A stretch of DNA of 64,000 nt from Candidatus Marinacidobacterales bacterium (GTDB lineage: Bacteria; Acidobacteriota; Vicinamibacteria; Marinacidobacterales; DATDRI01): assembly GCA_965219415.1 (NCBI GenBank), contig OZ244742.1, forward strand, positions 1,344,001-1,408,000, read 5' to 3'. Below are positions 33,101 through 44,500 of the stretch, piece after piece. The notes beneath the pieces were generated by a model. It made no database searches. It saw nothing but the letters and a program-made list of their open reading frames with translations, and was not told the DNA's origin. Positions within the stretch are counted from its first letter, which is position 1; each line of letters opens with the position of its first letter. Position numbers and translations under genes: made by a program.

Positions 33101-36100
33101 CCCTTGGACAGGTAGCTCACTACGTTTTCACGTTTGTGCCACTGGCAGCGTTGTATCAGGGCCCGCTTACGGAATGCCTTCTTGACTGCCGCTTGGAGAC
33201 CCTTGCCGCCGTCGATGATCACCAGCAGACCCTGGGAGATATCGAGTCCCCGCTCGAGCAGTGAACGCAGGAACGGCGTCAACACCTGCGCGTTCTCCGT
33301 GTCCGTCTCCACGAAGCCCAAGAAGCGTTTTTCCCCGCAAAGCGTGATGCCCAGAGCCACGACCATCGTTGCCTCGGCGAATGTCTTCCCATCCAGAAAC
33401 AGCGCCACCACATCCTCGCCGGTCAGATCCCGTTCCTGCATCTCCCGCAGCTTCGCAGCGCTCGCTTGCACGAACCCTCGGGACACCGTTGAGCTCGACA
33501 GCCCGATGGCGCCCGGAATCGCTTCCGCTGCCGCCTCGTAGTTGCGACAAGAGATTCCGTAGAGAACTCGTTTCAGCAGAAGATCATTCACCTCACCGCC
33601 GTGGCTCACCGCCTCGTAGCAGCGAAGCGGAATCTCTCCTCCCTCGATGCTCCGAACCCGTGGCACACGGATCGGTACCCGCTGGCCGCCAAGCCCTACC
33701 GTGCCCGGGTTGCTTCCGGGACGGCGACCGCGCTCCAGCTCGTCCTTGCGAGAGTATCGCTCTCCCGCCAACGCCTTCACTTCGTCGTCGAGCAACTCGT
33801 GAACGTGCATTAGACCAAGGGGGACCAACCAACGGATCATCTCTACCTTGGCGTCCAGCACGAGTTCCCCGTAATCCTCGTGCCTCACCATCTCGACCTC
33901 ACCCAAACGACGCGACTTCTTGCGTTTCTTGACCGAACGTAGCAGACTTCCCATCTCGGCTCCTTCTTCGCGGCTTGATTTTGTTTTGTCCAACGCCATC
34001 AAACCACGGGGTTTGGAACCGTTTCAATTCCCAACTAAGATTGGCACACTTTCGAGCTCCGAGTCGCTAGCGGTCAGGCGCAGAACGTACGTGCCCTCTT
34101 CTTGAATCCGGACGGTCGTGACGGCGGAGCTCGGGTTGTCGATGGTGACGGGGCTCCCGGGCCGTTCACGAGCGTCCATTCGAGGGTCAGTGCTCCTCCC
34201 AGAGGCAATCCGTCGTCCGTTACTACGCCGGTCAACGTGGCCGTTCCTTCGCCGGTCGATGGCAAGAAGATGGTTTGATCGGCGCCGGCGTCGACGCTTG
34301 GCTCTGCATTCGGGCGGAAGCGGAAGACGGGTGACCCGGCAGTGGCGCCGTGGTCGTCACGGCTCACGATGCGCCAGAAGTAGGTATCCGAAGCCGCGGG
34401 CGTCGTGGTCTGAAAAGTCGTTCCCGGCTGATCGGCGGAGACGAGCGGGAGACTTCCTACTGCGTTCGCCAAGACCCAGTGGTCGTCGATGAGCCCGCCT
34501 GGGATGAGAACGTCCGGGAGGAAAGCCCGGTTGTTCTTGCCCGAGACGATCACCATCCGGTTCTCGGGTGCCGAGTAAGCAGCGGTTCCGAGCAGGCGGC
34601 CGAGAGGCGGCCCGTTGTCGGGAGTGAGTTGGATCCATTCTTCGCTTCCGGTACTGCCATCGGCGTCGGTCAACATCCAGAGGTCGTTGGCCACGAAGTT
34701 CAAGTCCTCGTCGAAACCGGCGCTCGTGCCTCCGAAGATGACGAGACGTCTCGCCCCCTCGTCGTAGACGCCGGCGTGGCCCCAACGGGGCTCGGGCGGT
34801 GTTCCCGAAGGCGTGAGCTCGACCCACTCGGGGGTGCCGTCGAGACCGTTCGCGCCGGTAAGCACCCAGACGTCGTTGACGACTTCGTCGTTGGCCTGGC
34901 GCCCGCCGAAAAGGACGAAGCGGTTCGTGGTTCCATCGAAAGCACCAGCCGGGTTGCTCCGCGGCGACGGCGACGGGCCGTTCGGGAAGATCTGTTCCCA
35001 CTCCGGAGTCCCGACACCATTCGCGTCTTTCAGCACCCAAACGTCATTGAGAACGGCGTCGGAGCTTCCGATAGAGCCACCGAAAAGAATGAGACGGTTG
35101 CTCGCGGCGTCGTAGGCGGCGGCTCCTCTTCTCGCAACGGGAGCATCCGGAAGACGAACCCAGGCGGGGGCGCCGCCGAGTCCGTTGGCGTTCTCGAGCA
35201 CCCATGTATCGGAAAGCGCGACGCTGCAGTCTCCTGCGCATCCGCCGTGTGTAAGATGAGGCGATTCGTGGCGGCATCGTAGGCGCTCGCCGCTTGCTCT
35301 CTTCCGGCGGGGCCGCTGGCCGCGGTAAGTGCGAGCCATGTGGGAGGGCCGCCGGTTGCGGTTGCGTTTTGGAGGATCCAGATGTCTTCCGGATGCACGC
35401 CGGGTCCGGCTTCGCCACTAAAAAGGACGAGGCGATCGTTGGTCTCATCGAAACCCGCAGCGGCCCCGGCTCGTGGTCCCGGCCCGGCGTTGACCGCACA
35501 AAGCTCGACCCAGCTCTGGCCGGCCGTGTCGAAGGTGGTTCCAAAGAAGACGTCGTGCGTCACGGGGTCGCCGTCGGGATCGCTCGAGGTCCAAGACAGG
35601 ATCGGATCGAGCCCGATTCCGATCGCGCCGTTGGGAGGAGACCGGCCGGCAGGGGCGGCGGGAGGGTTGTTCGGTGCGTCGTCGTCTTCGACCGTCACCA
35701 CTCCCTCGGCGTCATTGACGAAGGCGCCGACCGGATTGCCGATGACGAGCATGAAGTTCTCGTCGTTCTCACCCGCAAGGTCGCCCACGACAGGTACCTG
35801 GACGGTCTGGGTCATTTCTCCCGGGTCGAACTCCAAGGTTCCGAACTGCGTCAGGTAGTCGCAACTAGAGCGTGCCGTGCCGTCGAACGTGCTGAAATCG
35901 ACCGACACCATCGACGTGCTGGCGCTCGAAAGGCTGACTTGGACGACCGCTTCGGCCATCCCGCCGTTGCCTTCCACGACCACGGCATCACTGACCGATA
36001 GCTCCACGGTGGCGGGAGGGAGCACCTGGACGTTAACGTCATCACTCGAGGTGAACTCACCGTCGCTAGCACTGAGCCGCAAGATGTAGTCGCCCGCCAC

Positions 36101-38083
36101 GCTGAAGCGAGCCGTGGTTTGAGACTGATCGGGGCTCCCGAAATCGACGGCCGCCGGTCCGTCCACCTGCGTCCACGAAATCGTCAGAACACTTCCGGGC
36201 GGTAGTCCGTCGTCTGTAACTGTTCCCGTCAGCGTCACGGTCTCGGTGGGGAACGTGATCGTTTGGTCGGGCCCGGCGTCCACCGAAGGCGGCTGGTTGA
36301 GCGGCGTAACGTCTACGGTGACCGTGGCGACATCTGTACCATCGTGACCATCGCGGATTGTGTAGGTAAACGTATCCACGTCGGCGAATCCGTCGTCCGG
36401 GGTGTACCGGACCGTGCCGTCGGGGTTGATGGTGACCATGCCGTTCGCGGGCAGGCTGACCTCCAAGACGGTGAGTGTGTCCCCATCGGGATCGGTGTCG
36501 TTCGCAAGGACGTTGATATCGACCGGCGTCTCCTGGATGGTGGTTACGGAGTCGTCCATGGCTTCCGGCGAACGGTTGAGCTCCACCTTGGCTTGGAAAA
36601 CGTCCTCCCGCCGATTGGTATCGTCCGGGACGAGTCTGGATGATTTCGATTGAAATGCGACGCAGCGGCCGTCGGCGCTGATCGAGGGGCGGCTGCTGTC
36701 GCCCCGATTCTTGTCGTCGTCACTGCTACTGCCATCACTGCTGCTATCGTCACTACTTTTGTCACCACGGCTGGAGCTATCGTCCTTACTGCTGTCGCCG
36801 CTGCTACTATCGTTGCTCTTTCCGTCACGACTCTTGTTGCCACTCTTGCTGTCATCACTACTGTTGTCGTCGCCTCCCGGACGGGCCGGACCATGCCCTT
36901 TCGCCGACGCTCAGCCGGATGGTCAGCTCACGGCTTCGATCGTGAACGAAGACGTCTTTGTCTTTGTTCGTATCGTCATCCACGAGGTTGGTGGCATCCG
37001 ACTCGAAGGCCACGAAGCGACCACTGGCGTTGATGGGGGGCGCCCCGCTATTGCGATTGCCTTCCGTGCCGTCGCTATGGACGCTGACTCGGGTCGTTTC
37101 TTCCGTCTCTCGATCGTGAACGAAGACGTCGTCTTATCTTGTTCGTGTCTCCCAGGACGAGGTTTCTCGAGTCGGAGACAAAGGCGACGAAGCGCCCGTC
37201 GAAACTGATGGACGGAGTTTCGCCGCCGCGGTCACCCTCGCTGCCGTCGTTGGCGACGCTTACCCGTGTCGTCTCGCCGGTTTCCCGGTCGTGGACGAAG
37301 ACATCCTGTTTGTCATTGGTGTCGAAAGGAACGAGGTTGGTCGCCTTCGATTGAAAAGCTACGAATCGACCGTCTCCACTGATGGCCGGCTCTCTGCTGG
37401 TTTTGTTCCCCACCATATTGTCGGTAGAGAGGCTGGCCAACGTGGTCTCACCGGTGTCTCGATCATGGACGAAAATCTGTTTCTTCGCGTTGGTTGAGCC
37501 AGGAACGGAGATTCGTGGCCCTCGATTCGAACGCCACGAAGCGGCCGTCGGCGCCGATGGAGGGGGCTACGCTGTCGTTGTTGGCTTCGGCGCCGTCACT
37601 CGCCACGCTCACGCGGAAGGTCTCGCCAGATAACTCGTCTCTGACGAAGATGTCGAGCTTGTGGTTGGTGTCGCCCGGCACCAAGTTGCGGGCCTGAGAA
37701 TCAAAAGCCACCCAGCGACCGTCACCGTTGCTAGATGCTGCTTGGCTGGCCCGATCGCCTTGCTCGTCGTCGCTCGAGAGGCTGAGCCGTACGATGGCGA
37801 TCGCGGGCGGGGCCACCTGTGTTGCGCTACTCGCGGCGACCGTCGACGCAGCAGCAGGCGTCGTAGCGACCGGCGGGAGCGGGCTGGCGCTTGGGGTCGA
37901 GGGAGCTGTCGTCACCGTTGGGATCGAAGAGGCTGGCGAATAGATCGGTTTGGTGCTTACTGAACGCACCGGTAACACCGAGCGGACCAGCTGAACCTGA
38001 GCGAACACCGTCGTCTCCAAAAAGAAGGTGACGAGGATGAAGAGACTGAGCAGCTTCCGGATTCGTTCGAGCTTCTTCGCCAT
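24129..38083 (-). pseudogene. Giant adhesin-RHS/YD polymorphic toxin, split by IS256 and frameshifts
   Basis: In order: N-terminal signal/TM, TolB-like propeller repeats (SISxDGRFVAF), S/D-rich linker, Big_9, PKD repeats (NQPPxVDAGPDQ), Calx-beta, Kelch, two putative carbohydrate-binding repeats, CARDB, FG-GAP, YD repeats, RHS core (YNRARWLDPRVGRF), DPVNNLDPTG cleavage motif near 24682-24710, C-terminal toxin. Confidence 0.88.
32620..34053 (-). mobile_element. IS256-family element, copy 1 (transposase 32662-33954)
   Basis: LFLDG, IIDG.KGL, QRCQWHK and TTNCLES motifs; 8-bp target duplication GAGCTCCG (32612-32619 / 34054-34061). Confidence 0.95.
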
Positions 38084-38130
38084 CACTGGCACTTCCTCCA
38101 TCGAGGAATCGCAAACGGACTCTTAGGCGG

Positions 38131-38236
38131 AAGAACAGCGTGGGGTACTGTCCGCTAACGGAACAGGGAGGGGGTTCTGTCCCACAAAAAAAGGACCAGC
38201 CTGGGGTGCTGTCCTATCTCCCCCATCTCGGGGGCT
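38131..38236 (-). promoter_or_regulatory. Repeated C-rich-loop hairpins in the leader of the giant gene, one followed by T7
   Basis: Minus strand: GGACAGCACCCCAGGCTGGTCC-TTTTTTT, GGGACAGAACCCCCTCCCTGTTCC, GGACAGTACCCCACGCTGTTC. Confidence 0.6.
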
Positions 38237-38567
38237 CACAGAATTACGGATGATGACTCGGTGTCAAGTGTGGAAAGTTAGCAAGGTTCACGCCATCTTG
38301 AGCGACGTTTTCACCCCGCCATTTTTGCATTTTTTCCCGCGCGTGTGGGCAGAGCCCCATGCCGAAGCGCCCTTTTCCCTCACCCCGGAGTCGATTTCCC
38401 ACACCGACGCCACGGCCTAATGTCTATTGCTGTTCAGCATGAGGGAGCGAGCGTATATCCGAGAGCTTCGGCTGCCCTAGCCGATTAAGAGCCTGCCTAC
38501 GATGTCCGGCCGTTTCAGTTTTTATCCAACCCATTTGTTTTCAGTTAGTTAAAGTACATACTCAGCC

Positions 38568-38596
38568 TTGACTTTCACCTAATTTACTCCTATATT
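38568..38596 (+). promoter_or_regulatory. sigma70-type promoter of the HNH gene
   Basis: TTGACT-N17-TATATT, then an AAGGAG RBS. Confidence 0.7.
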
Positions 38597-38646
38597 GAAA
38601 CTGAGGTTCTTGTAGTAAGCCATTCATTCTAAAAGGAGTAAGTGCC

Positions 38647-39780
38647 ATGTCCCTGCCTGCCGAAGCCGTTCTGGAAATGAAGAAAGGTCTTCCCCCGAGC
38701 GAGGTCGACCGACGCCTCGTCGCCGCCGCTCGCGTGCACCGCCGCGTGGAGTCCGTTTTGTGCTTCTATCTCCAGGAGGTCGAGAACCGACGGCTTTACC
38801 TCAAATATGGTTTCGCCTCGACCGTCGACTACGCCCGCGAAAGAATTGGCTTCGAGGATCGCAAGACCCGCTCCTTGGTGAAAATGGCCGAGAGGTTCGA
38901 AGAGCTGCCTCGATTGGAGAAAGCGTTTCGCCGCGGGGACATTCCTTGGACCAAAGCGAGGGAAGTCGTGAAAGTGGCGACACCCAAGACGGAGGCGAAG
39001 TGGCTCGACCGCTGCCAGAGCATGAGCAATCGCCAGCTCGAGCAGGAAGTCCAACGCAAGCAGCCGCCGACAACGAAGAAAACTCTCTTCTTTGTGCTCG
39101 AAGGCGATCGGGTCGAAGCGTGGGAGCAAGCGCGAGAAGCACTCGAGCGTTTGGCGGGGAAGACCTTGAGCGACATCGAAGCCTTCGACCTCCTGCGTGC
39201 GGAGGCCCTTTGCACGTATGCGACGACGCCTCCTTTTGGAGATGGCGAGGAAACCGATGGCGGCTACGTCCGAAAAGTCGCCGAACGGGATGGCTGGAAA
39301 TGCACGCGGCCCGGGTGCAGCAACCGAACCGCTTTAACCGCGAATCACATTCTTCCGCGGGCTCGTGGTGGCCCCGATGAGACCTGGAATCTACACACCG
39401 TCTGCGCGGTCTGTCACGCCGCGATCACCGAGGGGAGATTGAAGGTCAAGGGCCGGGCTCCCAACCGGCTGACTTGGGAGGGGCCGTTGGGAGTCATCGA
39501 AAAGCCCTTGCCCCTGCCCAGCCTGCCCAGCTTGAAGAGACGTTCTAAGAGAAAGCCATCGGGCTCCACGTCGCCACGGCGAGCCAGCGCGGGTATGATT
39601 TCCCGAGAGTCCGGAGCGCCCTATGGCGTGCGAGCCGTCCCCAGTTTTGGATCACGTGATCCAGAGTCCGGCAAGGCCCGATACGTTCGGTGGAAGTCCG
39701 ATTGGAAAGCACTCGACCCGAAAGGACCTCTCGGGAGTTTGGGGAGTGAAGGTTTAGCCCAGCTTCGGCGGCCTTCGTAA
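38647..39780 (+). CDS. HNH endonuclease with DUF222-like N-terminal domain
   Basis: GFASTVDYARE, GDIPWTKAREV; ERDGWKCTRPGC...NHILPRARGG...NLHTVCAVCHA. Confidence 0.85.
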   Translation: MSLPAEAVLEMKKGLPPSEVDRRLVAAARVHRRVESVLCFYLQEVENRRLYLKYGFASTVDYARERIGFEDRKTRSLVKMAERFEELPRLEKAFRRGDIPWTKAREVVKVATPKTEAKWLDRCQSMSNRQLEQEVQRKQPPTTKKTLFFVLEGDRVEAWEQAREALERLAGKTLSDIEAFDLLRAEALCTYATTPPFGDGEETDGGYVRKVAERDGWKCTRPGCSNRTALTANHILPRARGGPDETWNLHTVCAVCHAAITEGRLKVKGRAPNRLTWEGPLGVIEKPLPLPSLPSLKRRSKRKPSGSTSPRRASAGMISRESGAPYGVRAVPSFGSRDPESGKARYVRWKSDWKALDPKGPLGSLGSEGLAQLRRPS

Positions 39781-40167
39781 ACTGGCAAGGTTGCTCCCGC
39801 CGAGAATCTCGTCATTTCTTGCCTTGATAGCACCGGCCCCGGTGGCTCAGCTCGTCCGGAGCAGTAACTTGAACCACCAGGAGTATTCGTGTCGTGAGCG
39901 TTGGCTTTCTGAACTAGCATTTCGAGGCACGTCGGTTCGGGTCGAGATCGACTGGCGGCGTGGTGACCATTTTTGACTGCGAATCGATCACGTATGTCAA
40001 TATCTCGTCGCCGCCGTTGAACACAAACAGGTAGTTCATGAGTGGGGACGACTCGAAACCGCACAAAGGCTTAAAAGAGGCCGCAAACCGGCAATTGAAA
40101 GCCCGCCTTCGTCACGGTCTCTGATGTGAACTACGGCGGGCAATTTTTGCGGCAAAGCCGCGAAAAT

Positions 40168-40244
40168 TGGTGGACGGCACCGGGCTCGAACCGGCGACCT
40201 CGGCGTTGCGAACGCCGCGCTCTCCCAGACTGAGCTAGCCGCCC
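40168..40244 (-). tRNA. tRNA-Ala(CGC)
   Basis: 77-nt cloverleaf GGGCGGC...CGGCG-TTCGCAA-CGCCG...TTCGA...GCCGTCCACCA. Confidence 0.97.
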
Positions 40245-40329
40245 AAGTATTGGGTGGGATGCTACCACTTGTCGAAACGGCCGGCAACACGGCAGTTGCC
40301 TGGCTTTCGTAGTACAATGAGCCTAACTC

Positions 40330-41007
40330 ATGTGGAGTGTGATGGTTGCCCTCGCTGTAGCGGGAGGCCCCTCTAGCCCGCCGCCCGCCGTGGATGCCGC
40401 TCTTATCCAGCGGATTCAGGCGCACTACGATCGAGTGCAAGACTTCGAGGCTCACTTCATCCAGCGCGTGGTGCACCGAATCGTTCACAAGGTCATTGAG
40501 GAAAGCGGCACGATGGCGTTCAAGCGACCGGGGCGGATGCGATGGGAGTACCAGAACCCGGAGAACAAGCTCTTCGTGACCGATGGCGAAAAGAGCTACT
40601 TTTACGTACCGGAAGACCACCAAGTCATCGTGAGCCACACCCCGGGGGGAGCGATGGGTCTTGCCGAGGGCTCTCCGTTCTCTGTCATCATGGGCGAGAC
40701 GCGTCTCCTAGATGCCTTCGAGGTCAAGAATTCCGACTCGGAGCCGCAAGCGGGAGGTGAGGTGTTGCTTCTCATCCCCCGCCACCCACAAGAGGGTTTC
40801 GAGGAAGCCGAAATCGAAGTCCGGCCCGAGAACGGGCAGGTCATTCGGGTGAGTCTCCTGGACAGGCAAGGCAATCGCACCGAGTTCCTCTTCGACGAGA
40901 TCCGAGAGAACCGCCGACTCGTAGACTCCATGTTTCGCTTTACCGTACCGTCCGGGGTGGATATCTTGATCGCTCCCGATACCTCCGCCCCGTCTCCGAT
41001 TAAGTGA
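40330..41007 (+). CDS. lolA: Outer-membrane lipoprotein carrier LolA
   Basis: FEAHFIQ, GTMAFKRPGRMRWEY, LFVTDG and FRFTVPSGV. Confidence 0.85.
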   Translation: MWSVMVALAVAGGPSSPPPAVDAALIQRIQAHYDRVQDFEAHFIQRVVHRIVHKVIEESGTMAFKRPGRMRWEYQNPENKLFVTDGEKSYFYVPEDHQVIVSHTPGGAMGLAEGSPFSVIMGETRLLDAFEVKNSDSEPQAGGEVLLLIPRHPQEGFEEAEIEVRPENGQVIRVSLLDRQGNRTEFLFDEIRENRRLVDSMFRFTVPSGVDILIAPDTSAPSPIK

Positions 41008-41042
41008 GAGCCGAACAAACAGCCAACCAAAGAGAAAGACCA

Positions 41043-42770
41043 ATGATTCGACCGATTGGTTCATCCCTTCTCCTTTGCTTGCTGCTCGTCTCGGCCGGCT
41101 GTCGCACCTCCGCCGATTTCAAAGCGGGAGAGGTGGCGGAAAAAAACGGCCGGTTCGATGAAGCGGTGAGCTATTACACGCGAGCCGTCAAGGAAAATCC
41201 GAACAATTCCAACTACCGGAATAACTTGAAGCGAGCCCAATTGCGGGCGGCGGAGGCTCATGCTCTAAAGGCCACGAGACACAAGAACGCGGGCGATCTC
41301 GATGCCGCCCAAAGGGAATTGCAGCTCGCACTCGCCATGAACCCGACCGACACCAATCTGGTGCAGGATCTGGCCAAGATCGATGTTGCAATCCAAGAGA
41401 AAAACGCGAGGGCGGCGCTTACCAACATCGACCGGCTAAAGGAACAGGCTCGGGAGACGCCACTCGGCAGGCTGGAGCTCGCCCCCGGTGGCGAGGAGCC
41501 AACGGGTTTCCTCTTTCGTGAGGCGAGCTTGAGGGATGTGTTCCTGTCACTCGGCAAGATGGCTGGCGTCAACATGGTCTTCGACGGTGCATTCGCCGAC
41601 CAGACGATTTCCATCGAGCTCCACGACACCTCCTTCGAAGAGGTGCTCCGCTCTCTTTGCCAAGTCAGTCAGAACTTCTTTTATGTGCAGAGCGAGAACA
41701 TCGTAACCATCGTTCCTGACACACCCGCTAAACGACGGGAGTACGAGAAGCAGATCATGAAGACCTTCTATCTGTCTTCTGCAGACGTCAAGGAAACGAT
41801 CGATCTACTACGAATCGTTTTGGGAGCACGCCGGGTGGCGCCGCACACCGCAACGAATGCTCTGACCATCGTCGACACGCCGGAAAAAGTCGCCGCCGCG
41901 GAACGCATCATCACGACCATCGACAAGAGCCGAGCCGAAGTCATAGTCCACTTGGAGCTACTGGAGGTAAACCGAACCAGCCTGGAGGAGTACGGGATCC
42001 AGCTTCGTTCCGGGATCGAGGGTGTGGAGGGCATCACGGTCGGTGTTTTCCCCGAACAAAGCACGACTTTGGACGGGTCACCTTATGACAGCTCGAATGT
42101 TTCCGTTAGCGGTCTTCCGGGAGCCGTTGTGCAGCTCCTGCGGATGGACGGAGACACGAGGATCCTAGCGAATCCGCGGCTCCGTGCGATCGACGGCCAG
42201 ACCGCGACCGCTCAGTTCGGCGAGCGCGTCCCCATTCCCATCACCACCTTCACTCCCATCGCGCAGGGGGGCATCGCCCAACAGCCAGTCACGACGTTCG
42301 AGTACCAAAACATCGGCGTGAACATCGAGGTCACACCAAGGACGCATCACAACGATGAGGTGAGCCTGCAGCTCCGCGTTCAGCTAGACAACATTTCCGG
42401 GACGACGCTGCAAGGCTTGCCGACGTTCGGCAACCGATTCGTGGAAACGCTGCTCCGTTTGCAAGACGGTGAGACTTCCCTCCTCGCAGGACTCATCCTG
42501 ACGGAGGAAAGAACCAGCATGACCGGCTTGCCGGGATTGGCAAGCGTGCCGGTTTTAGGACGCCTGTTCGCTGCAAACAAGGATGAAGCCAGGGAAACGG
42601 ACATCGTTTTGATCCTCACCCCACGGGTTGTGAGGCGTGCCAATCTGACATTGGATGACCTTCGGTCCTATATCGTCGAGGGCGGGGCGAGCGGTGGACT
42701 TCTCTACGAGCCGCCGGTGCCAGCCCCCAGGAACCCTCGCCCCGACGACGACGAGAGGAAAAACCCCTGA
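41043..42770 (+). CDS. TPR-containing lipoprotein secretin (GspD/PilQ-like)
   Basis: Lipobox SAGC, TPRs, ILANP, NIGVNIEVTP and LPGLASVPVLGRLF. Confidence 0.88.
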   Translation: MIRPIGSSLLLCLLLVSAGCRTSADFKAGEVAEKNGRFDEAVSYYTRAVKENPNNSNYRNNLKRAQLRAAEAHALKATRHKNAGDLDAAQRELQLALAMNPTDTNLVQDLAKIDVAIQEKNARAALTNIDRLKEQARETPLGRLELAPGGEEPTGFLFREASLRDVFLSLGKMAGVNMVFDGAFADQTISIELHDTSFEEVLRSLCQVSQNFFYVQSENIVTIVPDTPAKRREYEKQIMKTFYLSSADVKETIDLLRIVLGARRVAPHTATNALTIVDTPEKVAAAERIITTIDKSRAEVIVHLELLEVNRTSLEEYGIQLRSGIEGVEGITVGVFPEQSTTLDGSPYDSSNVSVSGLPGAVVQLLRMDGDTRILANPRLRAIDGQTATAQFGERVPIPITTFTPIAQGGIAQQPVTTFEYQNIGVNIEVTPRTHHNDEVSLQLRVQLDNISGTTLQGLPTFGNRFVETLLRLQDGETSLLAGLILTEERTSMTGLPGLASVPVLGRLFAANKDEARETDIVLILTPRVVRRANLTLDDLRSYIVEGGASGGLLYEPPVPAPRNPRPDDDERKNP

Positions 42771-42916
42771 GCCGACGCCGGCGAAAAAGTGGCCGGCGAC
42801 GCGCTTCTAGTAGGGGGACCGCTCCCGGCGATTCTACGGCTCCGACCGAATCCCAGCCGGAAGAGGGTCCGCTTACGATCCGCCGCGTCATCAGCTTTCT
42901 TGTCCCCAGCCTCATC

Positions 42917-43414
42917 ATGGCCGGCGCGGTGGCCGGGATTTGGTACCTTTATCAGCAATCGGGGGAGTCCAATTGGTCGGCGCCACCCAGCTCCGAGCTC
43001 CAAGCTGCGCCCGATTTCACGCTGAACGATCTGGAAGGGCATCCGGTAGGGCTCTCGAGTTACGCCGGTAAGGTGGTGATTTTGGACTTCTGGGCCACCT
43101 GGTGTGCGCCGTGCCGTTACGAAGTACCGCACTTGGTGGAGCTCCAAGAGCGTTTCGGAGCTCGAGGACTTCAGGTACTGGGCGTTACTCTGGATAGGGT
43201 GCAGACAGCGGGAGACGTGATTCCGTTCAGCCGCAAATACTCGATGAATTACCCAATCTTGTGGGCGGAGTCATCTGTCCTCGAAATGTACGGCGTGCTT
43301 TCGATTCCCGTCACCTTGCTCATCACTCGAGACGGAAAATTTTATCGGCGTTTCACCGGATTCGGTGGGAATACCGCTGACGAAATGACGAGGACCCTTC
43401 AGGAGCTCTTCTAG
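42917..43414 (+). CDS. TlpA-like thioredoxin (start uncertain)
   Basis: APDFTL, LDFWATWCAPC and SIP. Confidence 0.88.
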   Translation: MAGAVAGIWYLYQQSGESNWSAPPSSELQAAPDFTLNDLEGHPVGLSSYAGKVVILDFWATWCAPCRYEVPHLVELQERFGARGLQVLGVTLDRVQTAGDVIPFSRKYSMNYPILWAESSVLEMYGVLSIPVTLLITRDGKFYRRFTGFGGNTADEMTRTLQELF

Positions 43415-43476
43415 CCCGCCTTCGCCTCGGCAGTCGGACAGGAATAGAGGCTATCGCGAGGCTTCGCCGTAACAGG

Positions 43477-44262
43477 TTAGTTGGCGAGCTTGAACGTGAG
43501 TGGCACTCGGCAGAGCAGCAGTTCGTCTCCATCTTGGATCGGAGTGAGCACGCCGGTCGAGAGTTTCTTTCCGTTGAGGTAGGTGCCGTTCATACTGCCG
43601 ATCTCTCCGGCGACGTAGTGGGAACCCTCTTTATACACCAGCCGCGCGTGGCGCCGACTGACATTGCGATTGACATCCTCTTCGGTGAGATCCACCTCGG
43701 GGCGGTGACCGGTGACCGAATCGTAGCGGCCGAGTAGCACCTCGTCTTTATAGACGTGATACATCTTGCCGCTGTTCTTCGCGACGAAGTAGGCGCGGGC
43801 CGTTTCTTTCGAAGGGATGGTTGGCGTGGGCGGTGCCGGGGAAAGCCCTTCTCCCGTTGGCACGTCCGACCGTGCTCCGTCCCTAGAAACCATCATGAGT
43901 TCGAGTTGCTCGGAAAACTCCCGCATTCGCATCGAGTACTTGCGAAGCATCCGAACCGCGATTTCCGGGTTGGACCGAATCATCTCCCCGAATGTCTGGC
44001 TGTTGATGGTAATCAGGTCCGCATCCTCGAGAGCCTCGGCATCTGCGGTCCTTGGGAGGCGCTCGAGAACCGACATCTCGCCAAAGAAGTCACCCTTTTC
44101 CAGAACGGAGATCGGAGCCTTCTTCCCGGCGATGACCTTGTGGATAGACACCCTTCCCGTTTGGATGATGTACATCTCATCGCCCTCTCCCTCACGGAAG
44201 ATGTAGTCCCCCTTACCGTGGTGAGAGAGGAACTTGGCGAACGGGTCGGCCTTCTCCGACAT
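43477..44262 (-). CDS. cNMP-binding plus FHA domain protein
   Basis: GDFFGEMS...PRTA; LLGR...VSRRHA...GSMNGTYLNG. Confidence 0.88.
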   Translation of the reverse strand: MSEKADPFAKFLSHHGKGDYIFREGEGDEMYIIQTGRVSIHKVIAGKKAPISVLEKGDFFGEMSVLERLPRTADAEALEDADLITINSQTFGEMIRSNPEIAVRMLRKYSMRMREFSEQLELMMVSRDGARSDVPTGEGLSPAPPTPTIPSKETARAYFVAKNSGKMYHVYKDEVLLGRYDSVTGHRPEVDLTEEDVNRNVSRRHARLVYKEGSHYVAGEIGSMNGTYLNGKKLSTGVLTPIQDGDELLLCRVPLTFKLAN

Positions 44263-44500
44263 AAAACCTTCGCCGCCTCGTTGGAATGAGCCCTAGACCC
44301 TTAGCTGTGAGTAAGATAGCATGAGGTCCCTGCCTTGTCAACCAGTGGTGCTCCGCCGTTGCCAGCACGACACACGCGTTTGACCTCCGGCTCATCGCAT
44401 GATAGCCCCCGTCCATTGTTTTGAGCTAAAGAGTCCTCCACCGGGGCTTAATCAGCAAAAAAGGCGCCGTATCGACCCAGCTTTGGTCGAATTTGAAACC

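Noticed and set aside
28676-35282. Long plus-strand ORFs (419, 472 and 310 aa)
   Set aside because: Antisense shadows of GC-rich coding sequence with no recognisable motifs.
36544-37208. Ala/Val/Thr-rich and Leu/Ser-rich ORFs
   Set aside because: They are alternative frames of the S/D-rich linker of the giant gene.
13100-40180. Classical tRNA-integrated island with att repeats
   Set aside because: I found no duplicate of the tRNA-Ala 3' end by eye and no site-specific recombinase.
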